DNA from: Candidatus Bathyarchaeota archaeon
GTDB taxonomy: Archaea > Thermoproteota > Bathyarchaeia > Bathyarchaeales > Bathycorpusculaceae
Length of the DNA stretch: 13,152 bases
Direction of reading: 5' to 3'
Assembly: GCA_963768425.1 (NCBI GenBank)
Contig: CAVYHV010000033.1
Location: forward strand, 1 to 13,152
Part shown: piece after piece, positions 1-8,436 of the stretch
Numbering within the stretch: position 1 is the first letter of the stretch
How the letters are laid out: every line of letters starts with the position of its first letter
Program-made: the position numbers and the translations under genes
Notes under the pieces: generated by a model
What the model was told of the DNA's origin: nothing
Databases searched by the model: none
The model's input: the letters and a program-made list of their open reading frames with translations, nothing else

Positions 1-2
1 CT

Positions 3-14
3 CTGGCTTGTCCC
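3..14 (+). repeat. Extra copy of the outer IS terminal repeat (CTGGCTTGTCCC)
   Basis: 12/12 identical to 581-592 in the same orientation, and 11/12 to the reverse complement of 2672-2683. Confidence 0.75.
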
Positions 15-40
15 TAAAATATCAACCCTAGATTTTGGGA

Positions 41-490
41 TTAAATACTAATCTTTCTCTCCCCCAAAAATATCCACGGAACGCCATATTTATCATGAAA
101 TTGGCCATAGACTCCAATGGGCAAATCATGTAGTTCTTGGTACCGAACCGGTGTTTTGTCTGCCCCCTCTGATAGCTTATCAAATACCGCTTTCAATTCA
201 TCGTAGGTCTTGCCAGTGACAAATATGGCAAATGTATTCCCTTGTATTGGATTAAATGTGGGAGATGCCATCCAATCAGTAGCCGATATGTCAATATCGC
301 CATTTTTGAGATGTGCATTGATAATTCTGTTGTGTTTTTCTGGTGGGAGCATATCTTTCATAGGGGTATCGCCAAGCCTTGTTAAAGATAATTCTCCTCC
401 GAAACATTTGTGGTAAAAGGTCATTGCTTCAGCACAGTTGCCGTCAAATAAAAGAAATGGATAAGTTTTTAACATTTTCTTACCCTTCAT
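41..490 (-). CDS. VOC/glyoxalase superfamily protein, PhnB/YjdN-like (3-demethylubiquinone-9 3-methyltransferase-like domain)
   Basis: Intact 149-aa ORF with PFLLFDGNCAEAMTFY..FGG at the N-terminus, IINAHL in the middle and GVYGQFHDKYGVPW near the C-terminus, typical of the PhnB-like VOC family. The true start may be the second Met (MLKTYP). Confidence 0.88.
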   Translation of the reverse strand: MKGKKMLKTYPFLLFDGNCAEAMTFYHKCFGGELSLTRLGDTPMKDMLPPEKHNRIINAHLKNGDIDISATDWMASPTFNPIQGNTFAIFVTGKTYDELKAVFDKLSEGADKTPVRYQELHDLPIGVYGQFHDKYGVPWIFLGERKISI

Positions 491-596
491 TTTTTAATTT
501 CATAAGAAAATCTAACATATTTAATTGCTGAATGCTCTTAAGAATTTGTGATTGTAACACCACAACATACGGTAAGCCAGCTGGCTTGTCCCAATA

Positions 597-1530
597 TTAC
601 GCGTTGAAGTAAGTTGGTGAAACCGCTTTATCGAATCTTCTTATGTTTTGAGCCGCTTCTCGGTTAAGAACCAAGCAAAGTATGCTAAGCAACGCGTAGA
701 CTGTAACTTGGTTCAAACCTCTAACCTTATTCGTCGCCATGCCAAACTGAGTCTTTAAGAAGCTATTCACTGCTTCAATGGGCGGTCGCTTATGATACTC
801 CCTCTTCTGATCCTCAGGGCCAGAAGTCCTAAACTTCTTATCCACTCGCAAAACGTCTTTAGCACCTGGCGTCTGGTTCGACGGATAAGGAATCACAGCC
901 TTGTCAACTGCAGCTCTAATTCTACCATCGCTGTATTGACTGTCGGCAATTAGATTTCTCAGTTTGACTCCTGAATTCTTCAGAACCAGTTTTGCCCTCT
1001 CAAGAATAGTTAAGGAATGCCTCTTCTCATTCTGATTAGCTGAAGCAAACAAACAAGATAACGGAAGCATGGTCTCTGAATCAATCGATAGATGAATCTT
1101 ATAGCCTAAGGCATAGCTTCGTCCTGTTCTTCCAACCCTTGCTTCTTTGTCTGAATATCCTGTTTGATTATCCATTGGTTCGCGTGTGCTCCAGGCTTTG
1201 ATAAAGGATGCATCCAAGACAACGTCAACTTCATGGGTACCGTTGCACTTTAAGAGCTCGACCACTTTTTCGTCGATTATTTTGTTGATGTTGTCTTCGC
1301 CTATCTTTCGCGTGAACCTGCTTAGAACGCTTCTGGAATAAGCTGCTTCGCCTGGTTTAAGCAGGCATATTTTTCTCAACCTTTGGTCAACATCTAAGAG
1401 TCTTGTCATTTCCCTGAGACTGCGAACGCCTTTCATGCGCATGACAAGAAATGTTTTGAGAATGCCCAAGGGATTTCTTGGAGGTCTTCCCGGACCATTA
1501 GTGTGCAGGCTACTGCAAACAACGGTTTTG
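597..1530 (-). pseudogene. Outer DDE transposase, main C-terminal part (interrupted by the nested IS)
   Basis: The 597-1469 ORF extends in frame up to the insertion site (KTVVCSSLHTNGPGRPPRNPLGILK). DUF772-like GRPP..P/SLRE/SVLSRF motifs; catalytic triad in VVLDAS, IADSQY and RPPIEAVNS. Confidence 0.9.
1523..1530 (+). repeat. Target-site duplication CGGTTTTG, left copy (right copy 2527-2534)
   Basis: Exact 8-bp direct repeat abutting both inverted repeats of the nested IS. Confidence 0.93.
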
Positions 1531-1546
1531 TGCTGTGTTGAATAAC

Positions 1547-1553
1547 TTAAATA
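1547..1553 (+). promoter_or_regulatory. Putative TATA box of the nested transposase
   Basis: TTAAATA ending ~26 nt before ATG 1579, with no Shine-Dalgarno; spacing fits an archaeal leaderless transcript. Confidence 0.45.
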
Positions 1554-1572
1554 TTAGTTCTGAACAGAACGC

Positions 1573-2463
1573 TTGATTATGAGTGATTTGAGAGATTGGA
1601 AAGGTTACAATGAAGCGTTAGTAAAACGGGGTTTGATTTTGCTCGATTTAGATTTTGTTGTCGGGTGGTCCAGAGAGCTTAAAGCAATGAACTCATCCAA
1701 AGAAGGCGCAAGATACTGCTACCCAGAATCATTCATCAAACTATTAGCGGTGGTACACGCGTATGTTTTGCCGTATCGGCAGCTGGAAGGCTTCATACGT
1801 GGACTCAGCCAATACGTTGATGGACTCAAAGCGCCAGACTACACTACTATCTGGTGGCGAATCTCAAAAATGAAGGTCGATTTAGCCGCATCTGTTGCGC
1901 TGGACAAGGATGTCACTATCGCGGTGGACTCAAGCGGCATAAAGGTCTCTAATCGAGGAGAATGGATCCATAAAAAATGGAAGGTTAAGCGTGGATTCAT
2001 CAAGATACATATCGCTGTTGACACTAAAACCAAGCAGATCCTCGCCATTGAAGTAACCAAAGAAGACGTGGGAGATGGACGCATGCTTAAGCGCCTGGTT
2101 GATGGCTCAGCCAGTAAAGCCGCTTTGAGTGGCGTTATCGCTGATGGCGCGTATGATTCTAAGAATAATTTCAGGATGCTTGCTGATATGGGCATTGATC
2201 CGTTGATTAGGGTGCGCAAGAACGCTTCGTTTAAGGGTGGGGGCTGTATGCCTCGCAAGTTCGCTGTAGTTGAGCAGCTTGGCAATGTTGATTGGAGACG
2301 CGAGAGGGGTTATGGTTATCGGTGGATGGCTGAGTCAGCGTTCTCATCTTTGAAGCGGATATTTGGAGAGTACATCTGCGCAGTTAAGTGGCCTAACATA
2401 GTCAGAGAGTTGCTTCTGAAAGCTTCAATTTACAACCTTTTCATGAAAATGAACCTAAACTGA
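1573..2463 (+). CDS. IS5-family transposase
   Basis: Intact ORF with DWKGYNEALVKRG, LPYRQLEG and APDYTTIWWR motifs; DDE residues in IAVDSSG, IADGAYD and RWMAESAFS. ATG at 1579 is the more likely start. Confidence 0.95.
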   Translation: MIMSDLRDWKGYNEALVKRGLILLDLDFVVGWSRELKAMNSSKEGARYCYPESFIKLLAVVHAYVLPYRQLEGFIRGLSQYVDGLKAPDYTTIWWRISKMKVDLAASVALDKDVTIAVDSSGIKVSNRGEWIHKKWKVKRGFIKIHIAVDTKTKQILAIEVTKEDVGDGRMLKRLVDGSASKAALSGVIADGAYDSKNNFRMLADMGIDPLIRVRKNASFKGGGCMPRKFAVVEQLGNVDWRRERGYGYRWMAESAFSSLKRIFGEYICAVKWPNIVRELLLKASIYNLFMKMNLN

Positions 2464-2534
2464 CCTCCAAACCAAAAAGCAACAAAGCAAGGACCTGAAA
2501 GGAACACTCAGTCATTCGACACAGCACGGTTTTG

Positions 2535-2596
2535 GCAAAGCTTAAGTCTGCGTTTCGAAAGAGGACTTCTAGGGTCTCGTGTTCATCTTGTCCCGC
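2535..2596 (-). pseudogene. Outer DDE transposase, displaced N-terminal ~20 codons
   Basis: Removing 1531-2534 joins xGQDEHETLEVLFRNADLSFA in frame to KTVVC..., giving a 996-nt (331-aa) frame. The first codon reads GCG, 6 nt after a GGAGGTGA Shine-Dalgarno. Confidence 0.8.
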
Positions 2597-2602
2597 TTGG
2601 GG

Positions 2603-2610
2603 TCACCTCC
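2603..2610 (-). promoter_or_regulatory. Shine-Dalgarno GGAGGTGA of the outer transposase
   Basis: TCACCTCC on the + strand, 6 nt from the reconstructed first codon. Confidence 0.7.
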
Positions 2611-2726
2611 TAAGCTTGGACGTTTCTCAAAAAATACGAGACCCACCCCAAACATAAATGTTAGGAATTTCGGGACAAACCAGCGCGCTTTAAGGTTAAT
2701 GGTAAATAGCAAGCAAAATAAGAGAT

Positions 2727-2741
2727 TTTTCACACGGCCTC
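2727..2741 (+). repeat. Orphan IS-end-like sequence TTTTCACACGGCCTC
   Basis: 14/15 identical to 12970-12984; both copies are intergenic. Resembles IS1182-type termini from memory, not verified. Confidence 0.5.
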
Positions 2742-2868
2742 AACAAAACTGGCGCGCTGACTTTTTTGCCGCATTTTATGAAATCGTTTACTATTTTAAC
2801 GTATATTGTTGCATTTTTCAGTAGAAAATGGCGATTTTATCGTTTTGCTCTATCGATTGTGACAAGCG

Positions 2869-2875
2869 TTAAATA
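2869..2875 (+). promoter_or_regulatory. Putative TATA box of the beta-propeller gene
   Basis: TTAAATA ~45 nt upstream of ATG 2920, preceded by purine-rich GACAAGCG. Confidence 0.4.
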
Positions 2876-2919
2876 TGAAATAGCTAAACAGGCTAATTAC
2901 AGAAAAAGAAGGAAAAAAA

Positions 2920-5628
2920 ATGAGAAAAATGAAAACCCTAAGAAACGAAATTGTAGTAATAACGTTTAGTGTATTCTTTATGCTCTCAATGACAGCTTCA
3001 ATGATGCTAGTGCCAAGCGCCCACGCGCAGACCAATATTCCGGTGTATGCCTACATCAACGCCTCGCCTAACCCAACAGGCGTCGGTCAAGGAGTCGAAA
3101 TTATCATGTGGGTCAATGTGATTTTCGGTGGTAACGCGGAAATACCCAATAGTTATCGATTCCACAATTACCAGCTGGTCATCACGGCACCTGGCGGCAC
3201 AAACACAACGGAAACCTTTGCTACGGTCTCAGATACAACCTCAGCACAGGACTATTACTTCACTCCTAACACTGTCGGCACGTACATGCTCACCTTCAAT
3301 TTTCCGGAAACAGCAGTAACTGCTAGCAACGATCCCGAATCAACCCTCATTGGTGATACCTATCTTCCAGCGACTGCATCAACAAGCCTTACCGTTCAAT
3401 CAACGCCAATAACCGGAATTCCGCAAACTCCGCTTCCGACTGCATTCTGGACGCGACCCATATACGGTGAAAATACCGCTTGGTACACGCTCGGATCAAA
3501 CTGGCTAGGTTTCGGTTCACCTGGCTACATAGCGCTCGGCCTCGGACCTAATTTGGGAGGCAACGGGGAAGAGTTCGGGCCATCGACGAACGTAGGGTCA
3601 CTGACTTCTCATATCATGTGGACAAAGCCTGAGGCATCAGGCGGAGTCGTCGGACAAACTGCCACTACAATAACAGCAAACACTTACGCTGAGGGATCTG
3701 CATACGATCAAAAATACCAAAATCCGATAATTGTGGACGGAATGCTCATCTACACACAAGACATCAGTCAAACTGAACCCCAAGCAGGACCAACCGTATG
3801 CATTAACCTACAAACAGGACAACAAATTTGGAACTCCTCTATACCTGCACTATCATTCGCCTACGTATACGACGCCGAAGACCCCAACCAACACGGAGTT
3901 TGGCCACCAATGCCTAGTTGCATCAGTAAGCGCGGGTCCCCCAACTTTTGGGACTAACTGGAAGTTTTATGACGCTTTCACAAGCGACTACCTATTCACC
4001 TTAACCAACATTCCAGGGCAAGGATTCTTTGGACCTGCTTCAAATACAGCAACAATGATGGGTCCGAACGGCGAATATCTGATAGCGTTCCTCACTAACT
4101 ATGGAACACCAACGAGTCCAAATTGGTATCTGCAAGAATGGAATTCATCCAGGATTTGGGACGATCAATACTCTGGTCCATCAACAACGCCAAATATTCC
4201 TCCGCCGATAACCAATGGAGCCGACCCAAGCTTATATGACTTTAACGTTTCGTTACCATGGCTCAACACTGCAACGCTCAACGGCGCACTCATAGGATCC
4301 ATGACTGTTAGCGCAGGTATCCAAGGTGATACATTGCTTGCGTTCGCTGGCAATCTGCCCAATCCGGGCACCTTCGTATTCGCTATGACCGCCCCAAGCT
4401 CCGCTCCCTATGAATGGTTCGGAATCAACCTCAATTCAAGCGCCGGTACCCTTGGTGCAAAGTTATGGTCAAACACGCTTCAACCACCACCAGGCAACAT
4501 CACTGTCCTATGGGGCGGAATTGACCCAGTTAACAATGTATTCGTTGAAAACTATAGGGAAACTGAGCAGTTCGTCGGGTACAGTTTAGCTACAGGACAA
4601 AAAGTTTGGGGTCCAACCGCAGGACAAGCGCCACTTGATTACTACGGCTCAGACGCGTCAGGTAGTATAAGCGATACAATGGCTTTCGGCAATATGTACA
4701 GCAGCGCCTACGCAGGGATACTCTACTGCTACAGCACAAAGACAGGCAACTTACTGTGGACATTCGGTAACGGTCCAGCAGGATCAAACAACAGTACAAA
4801 CTCGGGCGTTGAAACTCCTTTCGGTCATTATCCAACCTTCATAAATGCTGTTGGTTCAGGAGTAGTATACCTCGTCACCACAGAACACACTGAGGAAACA
4901 CCGATTTTCAAGGGTGCAGTTGCACGTGCTATCAATGCAACAACAGGGCAACAAATCTGGGCTCTTTCGGACTACACAGGCGAATTCTTGACTAGTAGCT
5001 ACGCCATGGCCGACGGTTACAACACGTGGTTCAATGGCTACGACAACCAAATTTATGTCGTGGGCAGAGGACCAAGCCAAACAACAGTCAGCGCTGGACC
5101 ACAGGTCACAACCCTTGGAAGCAACGACGTCATATCAGGCACAGTGATGGATGTTTCCGCAGGCACAAAGCAAACTGAGCAGGCAGGCGACTTTCCAAAC
5201 GGAGTCCCATGTGCATCTGACTCGATCATGACTCAATGGATGGGCTACGTTTATCAGCAGCAGCCAGGACCAGCCAACTTCATTGGAGTTCCAGTCACAA
5301 TAGGCGTCACTGACTCTAATCACAACACCTACATCATAGGCACCACAACAACCGACGAGAGCGGCATTACACACTAACATGGACACCCACCATAACGGGC
5401 AATTACACCGTCTATGCCCACTTCGGCGGCACAAACGCTTACTGGCCATCAAGCGAAGAAACCAGCTTCAACGTAATGAGTGCTCCACCAACCACAGCAC
5501 CAACAGCTACACCACTTACAGGCTTAGCATCCACTGCAAGCTTAGAATATGGCATCGCAGCAGTCATTATAGTCATAATCATAATCGGCGCAGTACTCGC
5601 GTTGATTATGCTCAGAAAGAAACCATAA
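2920..5628 (+). CDS. Secreted, C-terminally membrane-anchored PQQ-binding-like beta-propeller repeat protein (Bathyarchaeia-type surface protein), ~902 aa, split by two frameshifts
   Basis: Signal peptide ending AHA-Q; Ig-like N-terminal region; family motifs LPTAFWTRPIYGEN, INLQTGQQIW, YSLATGQKVW, INATTGQQIW, FNGYDNQIYVVGRGPS and FPNGVPC. An extra base at ~3913 (WPPM|LVASV) and a missing base at ~5366 (DESG|YTLTWTP) join three pieces. The last piece ends PTTAPTATP...GIAAVIIVIIIIGAVLALIMLRKKP with TAA at 5626-5628. Confidence 0.88.
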
Positions 5629-5657
5629 AGCAAACAAACGACAACAAAATCAACATC

Positions 5658-5674
5658 TTTCTTTTTTTTGTTTT
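5658..5674 (+). terminator. Oligo-T archaeal terminator candidate
   Basis: TTTCTTTTTTTTGTTTT 30 nt after the beta-propeller stop codon. Confidence 0.55.
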
Positions 5675-6085
5675 CTTAAAAAATCAAAAATAGATATGGG
5701 CTGTAAAGACTCGGATAAATCTCTGCAATAGCTAAAGTTTCGATATTGCAATTGGGTTACATGATTTTAAATTAATTTCAATTACATGGATCCTCTTTCG
5801 TCTTTATCCAATCCCATGCACTTCGTGTGTATGACCAAATTTACCTCCAAACAGGCAGGTGTATAATAGCTTACTTCATTTGCTTTTTAAGATAATGCGG
5901 GTTTGGGCAAGTCGGTTGAGTTGCGGACCTGAACAGGTTCAATTCAAGTTTGTGTAAAATTTAGACCAAAACAGTCAATGTTGTATTTTAAGCAAATCAG
6001 TTAGGGTGACATTAGGGGTCCTTATCGTGAAATCGAAAAAAGCTCTGTTAAGGACCTGTTTTCGTAAAATGTCTTGAATATAGGA

Positions 6086-6098
6086 TTTTGGCGCCCAG
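6086..6098 (+). repeat. 13-bp direct repeat TTTTGGCGCCCAG, left copy
   Basis: Exact match to 13131-13143; weaker similarity extends ~20 nt upstream (AAAATnnCnTGAA in both). Confidence 0.7.
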
Positions 6099-6232
6099 GC
6101 CTAGGTCTATACTCGGGTTTTAACTCGGAAAACAGAAAAACCGTTTCTCCCATTTTTTGTTTATCTTGTAAAGACGTTGTTAAACTTTGATTTCTCCTGA
6201 ACTTGAATAGTTCTTTCTAGAGGTGATTATTT

Positions 6233-6355
6233 TTGGAAAATAAAGCGCAGACAAACTTTCAAGACTTTCCCTTCAAATTCATTGGAGCCAAGATTAACCG
6301 AACCAATAAACGTGCCTGGCGATCAGGATCCCACTGTAAGATGCAGCGCCCCTAA
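6233..6355 (+). CDS. Possible small hypothetical protein (40 aa)
   Basis: GAGGTGA (6220-6226) 6 nt before TTG; reads MENKAQTNFQDFPFKFIGAKINRTNKRAWRSGSHCKMQRP. No recognisable motif. Confidence 0.3.
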   Translation: MENKAQTNFQDFPFKFIGAKINRTNKRAWRSGSHCKMQRP

Positions 6356-6563
6356 GGTTTCCCCGGATATCAAAACAGACCTCAAATAGTTAAGATTTCT
6401 GAAAGTTCTCCGACGCTCTTACGTTGTTCATCCCGATCAGGAGCACACCTGCTTACACGAAAGAGCGATCATATAGTTTGTTTATTCTTTTTTGATGTTT
6501 CGCTGCGTGCCATTTATATCCGACTTCAATGTGCAAGGGGTATTCGAGAAGGAAAAATTACAC

Positions 6564-8361
6564 GTGAATTCTCCCGGTGCTTCTCGCGAATTTGGTTATC
6601 TTAGAAAATGGGTTCCGATTGCCCTTTTGATAGGTACCATCAGTGGATTGGGAGCTATTCTTTTCTACGAAGCAATTAGATTCACAAGCACAATCTTGCT
6701 CGGCGATGTTGCGGGTTTTTTTGCTCCTTCACCGGTTGGAGAAGGCGGAACCTTGGCATTAATTTCGTCGCGTCTATATTTGATTCCTTTGGTGACTACT
6801 GTTGGAGGACTTTTGAGTGGTATAATCGTTTATGGGCTTGCGCCAGAAGCCGAGGGTCATGGAACTGACGCAGCGATAGATGCTTTTCACAATAAAAAAG
6901 GTGAGATCCGATCAAGAATTCCTTTGGTTAAGCTTGTAGCTTCAGCAATAACAATTGGATCTGGAGGAAGTGCAGGCGGGAAGGTCCTACGGCACAGATA
7001 GGAGCAGGCTTCGGTTCCTTCTTGAGCAGGAGACTTCATCTCAGCTTGCACGACAGGAGAATCGCAGTTGCAGTCGGTATAGGTTCAGGAATAGGCTCCA
7101 TTTTCAAGGCACCCTTTGGAGGAGCAATAATGAGTGCGGAGATTCTTTACCTTGGAGACTTTGAGGTAGAAACGCTGCTACCTGCTTTCATAGCTTCAAC
7201 AGTTGGTTACAGTATATTCGCGTCATATGCCGGATGGACGCCTATATTTGGTTACTTGAATCTAAGTGCTTTCACTGCCCCGCTTGACTTGCCTTTTTAC
7301 GCTATTTTGGGTATAGCCTGCGGGTTAGTAGGTATAGTTTACGTTAAAGGGTTCTACGGTATGCAGTGCTTTTTTCCAGAAGCTGCGAATGCCGCGTTTC
7401 CTTAAGCCCGCCCTTGGAGGATTGTTGGTGGGCATCATTGGAATGTTCTTACCGCAAGTGCTTGGCATGGGTTACGGTTGGCTTCAGATAGCGATGACGG
7501 GTAACTTTGTATTGTTACCCATAATCTTGATTCCAATAATTATCGTAGCTAAAATAGTTGCAACCTCTCTTACGGTAGGTTCAGGAGGTAGCGGTGGAGT
7601 TTTCGCACCGTCTCTGGTTATAGGCGGTTTGCTGGGAGCAGCTCTATGGATATTGCTTGACATGCTTTTTCCAAATTTCGGTATTGTTATTGCGGCATTT
7701 ATTATAGTGGGTATGATGGCGTTTTTCGGAGGCGTGGGCAAGGTACCTATTGCGGTTATACTCATGGTTAGTGAAATGACTGGCGGATTTACTCTGTTAG
7801 TTCCCTCAATGATAGCCACCACCGTTGCCTACGTAATTGCAGGGAAGACTACTATTTATAAAAGCCAAGTTCAATCAAGGGCTGAATCTCCTGCACATCA
7901 GAAGTGAATACTCCATTCCTCTGCTTCAGAAACTTTTCGTGAAAGATGCAATGACTAAAAATGTAATCACAACTTCTGCAAACGCTTTAGTTTCAGAAAT
8001 CGCTGAAACATTATCAAAGAACGGAATAAGGGGTATCCCAGTGTTGGATGACAACAGTCGACTCGTCGGCATGATTACGCTCACGGATGTTCTTCAAGTC
8101 CATCCAGATCAGAGAGCTGCTACTAAGGTGAGCTCCATAATGTCGAAAGAGCTTATTACAACAACTCCTAACGAAAGCCTCTATACAGCCTTTGATAAGA
8201 TGACGGGCAATCAGGTTGGACGCTTACCAGTCCTTGAACAAGAGGGCAACTTCAAGTTGATAGGTATAATCACGCGAGAAGATATCTGGCGAGTCTATAA
8301 TGTTGAGATTAGGTCAAAACTGGATGAGGTTAAACTTTCTGGAACCGTGGAAGAAAATTGA
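6564..8361 (+). CDS. ClC-family chloride channel / H+/Cl- antiporter with two C-terminal CBS domains, ~598 aa, split by three frameshifts
   Basis: PEAEGHGTD, GSGGSAG(R)EGPTAQIG (restored by adding one base at ~6978), FKAPFGGA, GSGGSGGVFAP and SEMTG motifs. Extra T in the T6 run at 7370-7375 and an extra base at ~7898 (SPAH|RSEYS). CBS pair VKDAMT..GIPVLD..GMITLTD and GRLPV..GIITRED. Start uncertain: GTG 6564 chosen, frame open from 6492. Confidence 0.9.
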
Positions 8362-8374
8362 TAATTACATTTCT

Positions 8375-8436
8375 AAAAAGAAAAAAATAACTGATTATAG
8401 CTCTACAACGCTAAAAATATTGCTAAATTCTTTTTT
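8375..8436. terminator. Possible bidirectional oligo-T terminator region between convergent ClC and ATPase genes
   Basis: A-run at 8375-8387 (T-run on the - strand) and TTCTTTTTT at 8428-8436 on the + strand, in and at the edge of a 73-bp gap. Confidence 0.4.

Larger units (their letters stand above)
1531..2526 (+). mobile_element. Nested IS5-family element (ISH1/IS903-like), 996 bp, complete
   Basis: Left end TGCTGTGTTGAATAACT (1531-1547) versus reverse complement of the right end TGCTGTGTCGAATGACT (2510-2526), 15/17. Flanked by a perfect 8-bp duplication CGGTTTTG (1523-1530, 2527-2534). Single intact transposase. TGC ends and an 8-bp duplication fit the archaeal ISH1 group. Confidence 0.95.
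581..2683 (-). mobile_element. Outer insertion sequence (IS5/IS1182-type DUF772+DDE transposase), ~1.1 kb once the nested element is removed
   Basis: Imperfect terminal inverted repeats: CTGGCTTGTCCCAATATTAC (581-600) versus reverse complement of 2664-2683, CTGGTTTGTCCCGAAATTCC (16/20). The transposase stop codon (597-599) lies inside the repeat. No unambiguous target duplication; ends are uncertain by 1-2 bp. Confidence 0.82.

Noticed and set aside
11-40. Hairpin TCCCTAAAAT...ATTTTGGGA as the VOC terminator
   Set aside because: Imperfect, overlaps the IS-end copy and has no adjacent T-tract on the - strand; not supportable.
2579-3035. Short ORFs 2579-2824, 2766-2969 and 2850-3035
   Set aside because: They run across an IS end, a promoter region or the start of the beta-propeller gene, with no RBS or motif.
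5782-5848. 18-codon - strand ORF (MVIHTKCMGLDKDERGSM) behind GGAGGT
   Set aside because: Too short, TTG start only 4 nt from the RBS-like motif, and no other support.
6300-6564. Fluoride riboswitch / ClC-F fluoride exporter hypothesis
   Set aside because: No crcB-motif consensus recognised upstream, and the ClC has GREGP and GVFAP rather than the ClC-F signatures (GNNLI, GREGT, GEVTP).
6978-7898. Programmed frameshifting or phase variation in ClC (and NhaP)
   Set aside because: Shifts are numerous, go in both directions and lack slippery heptamers or long tracts; sequencing error is simpler.
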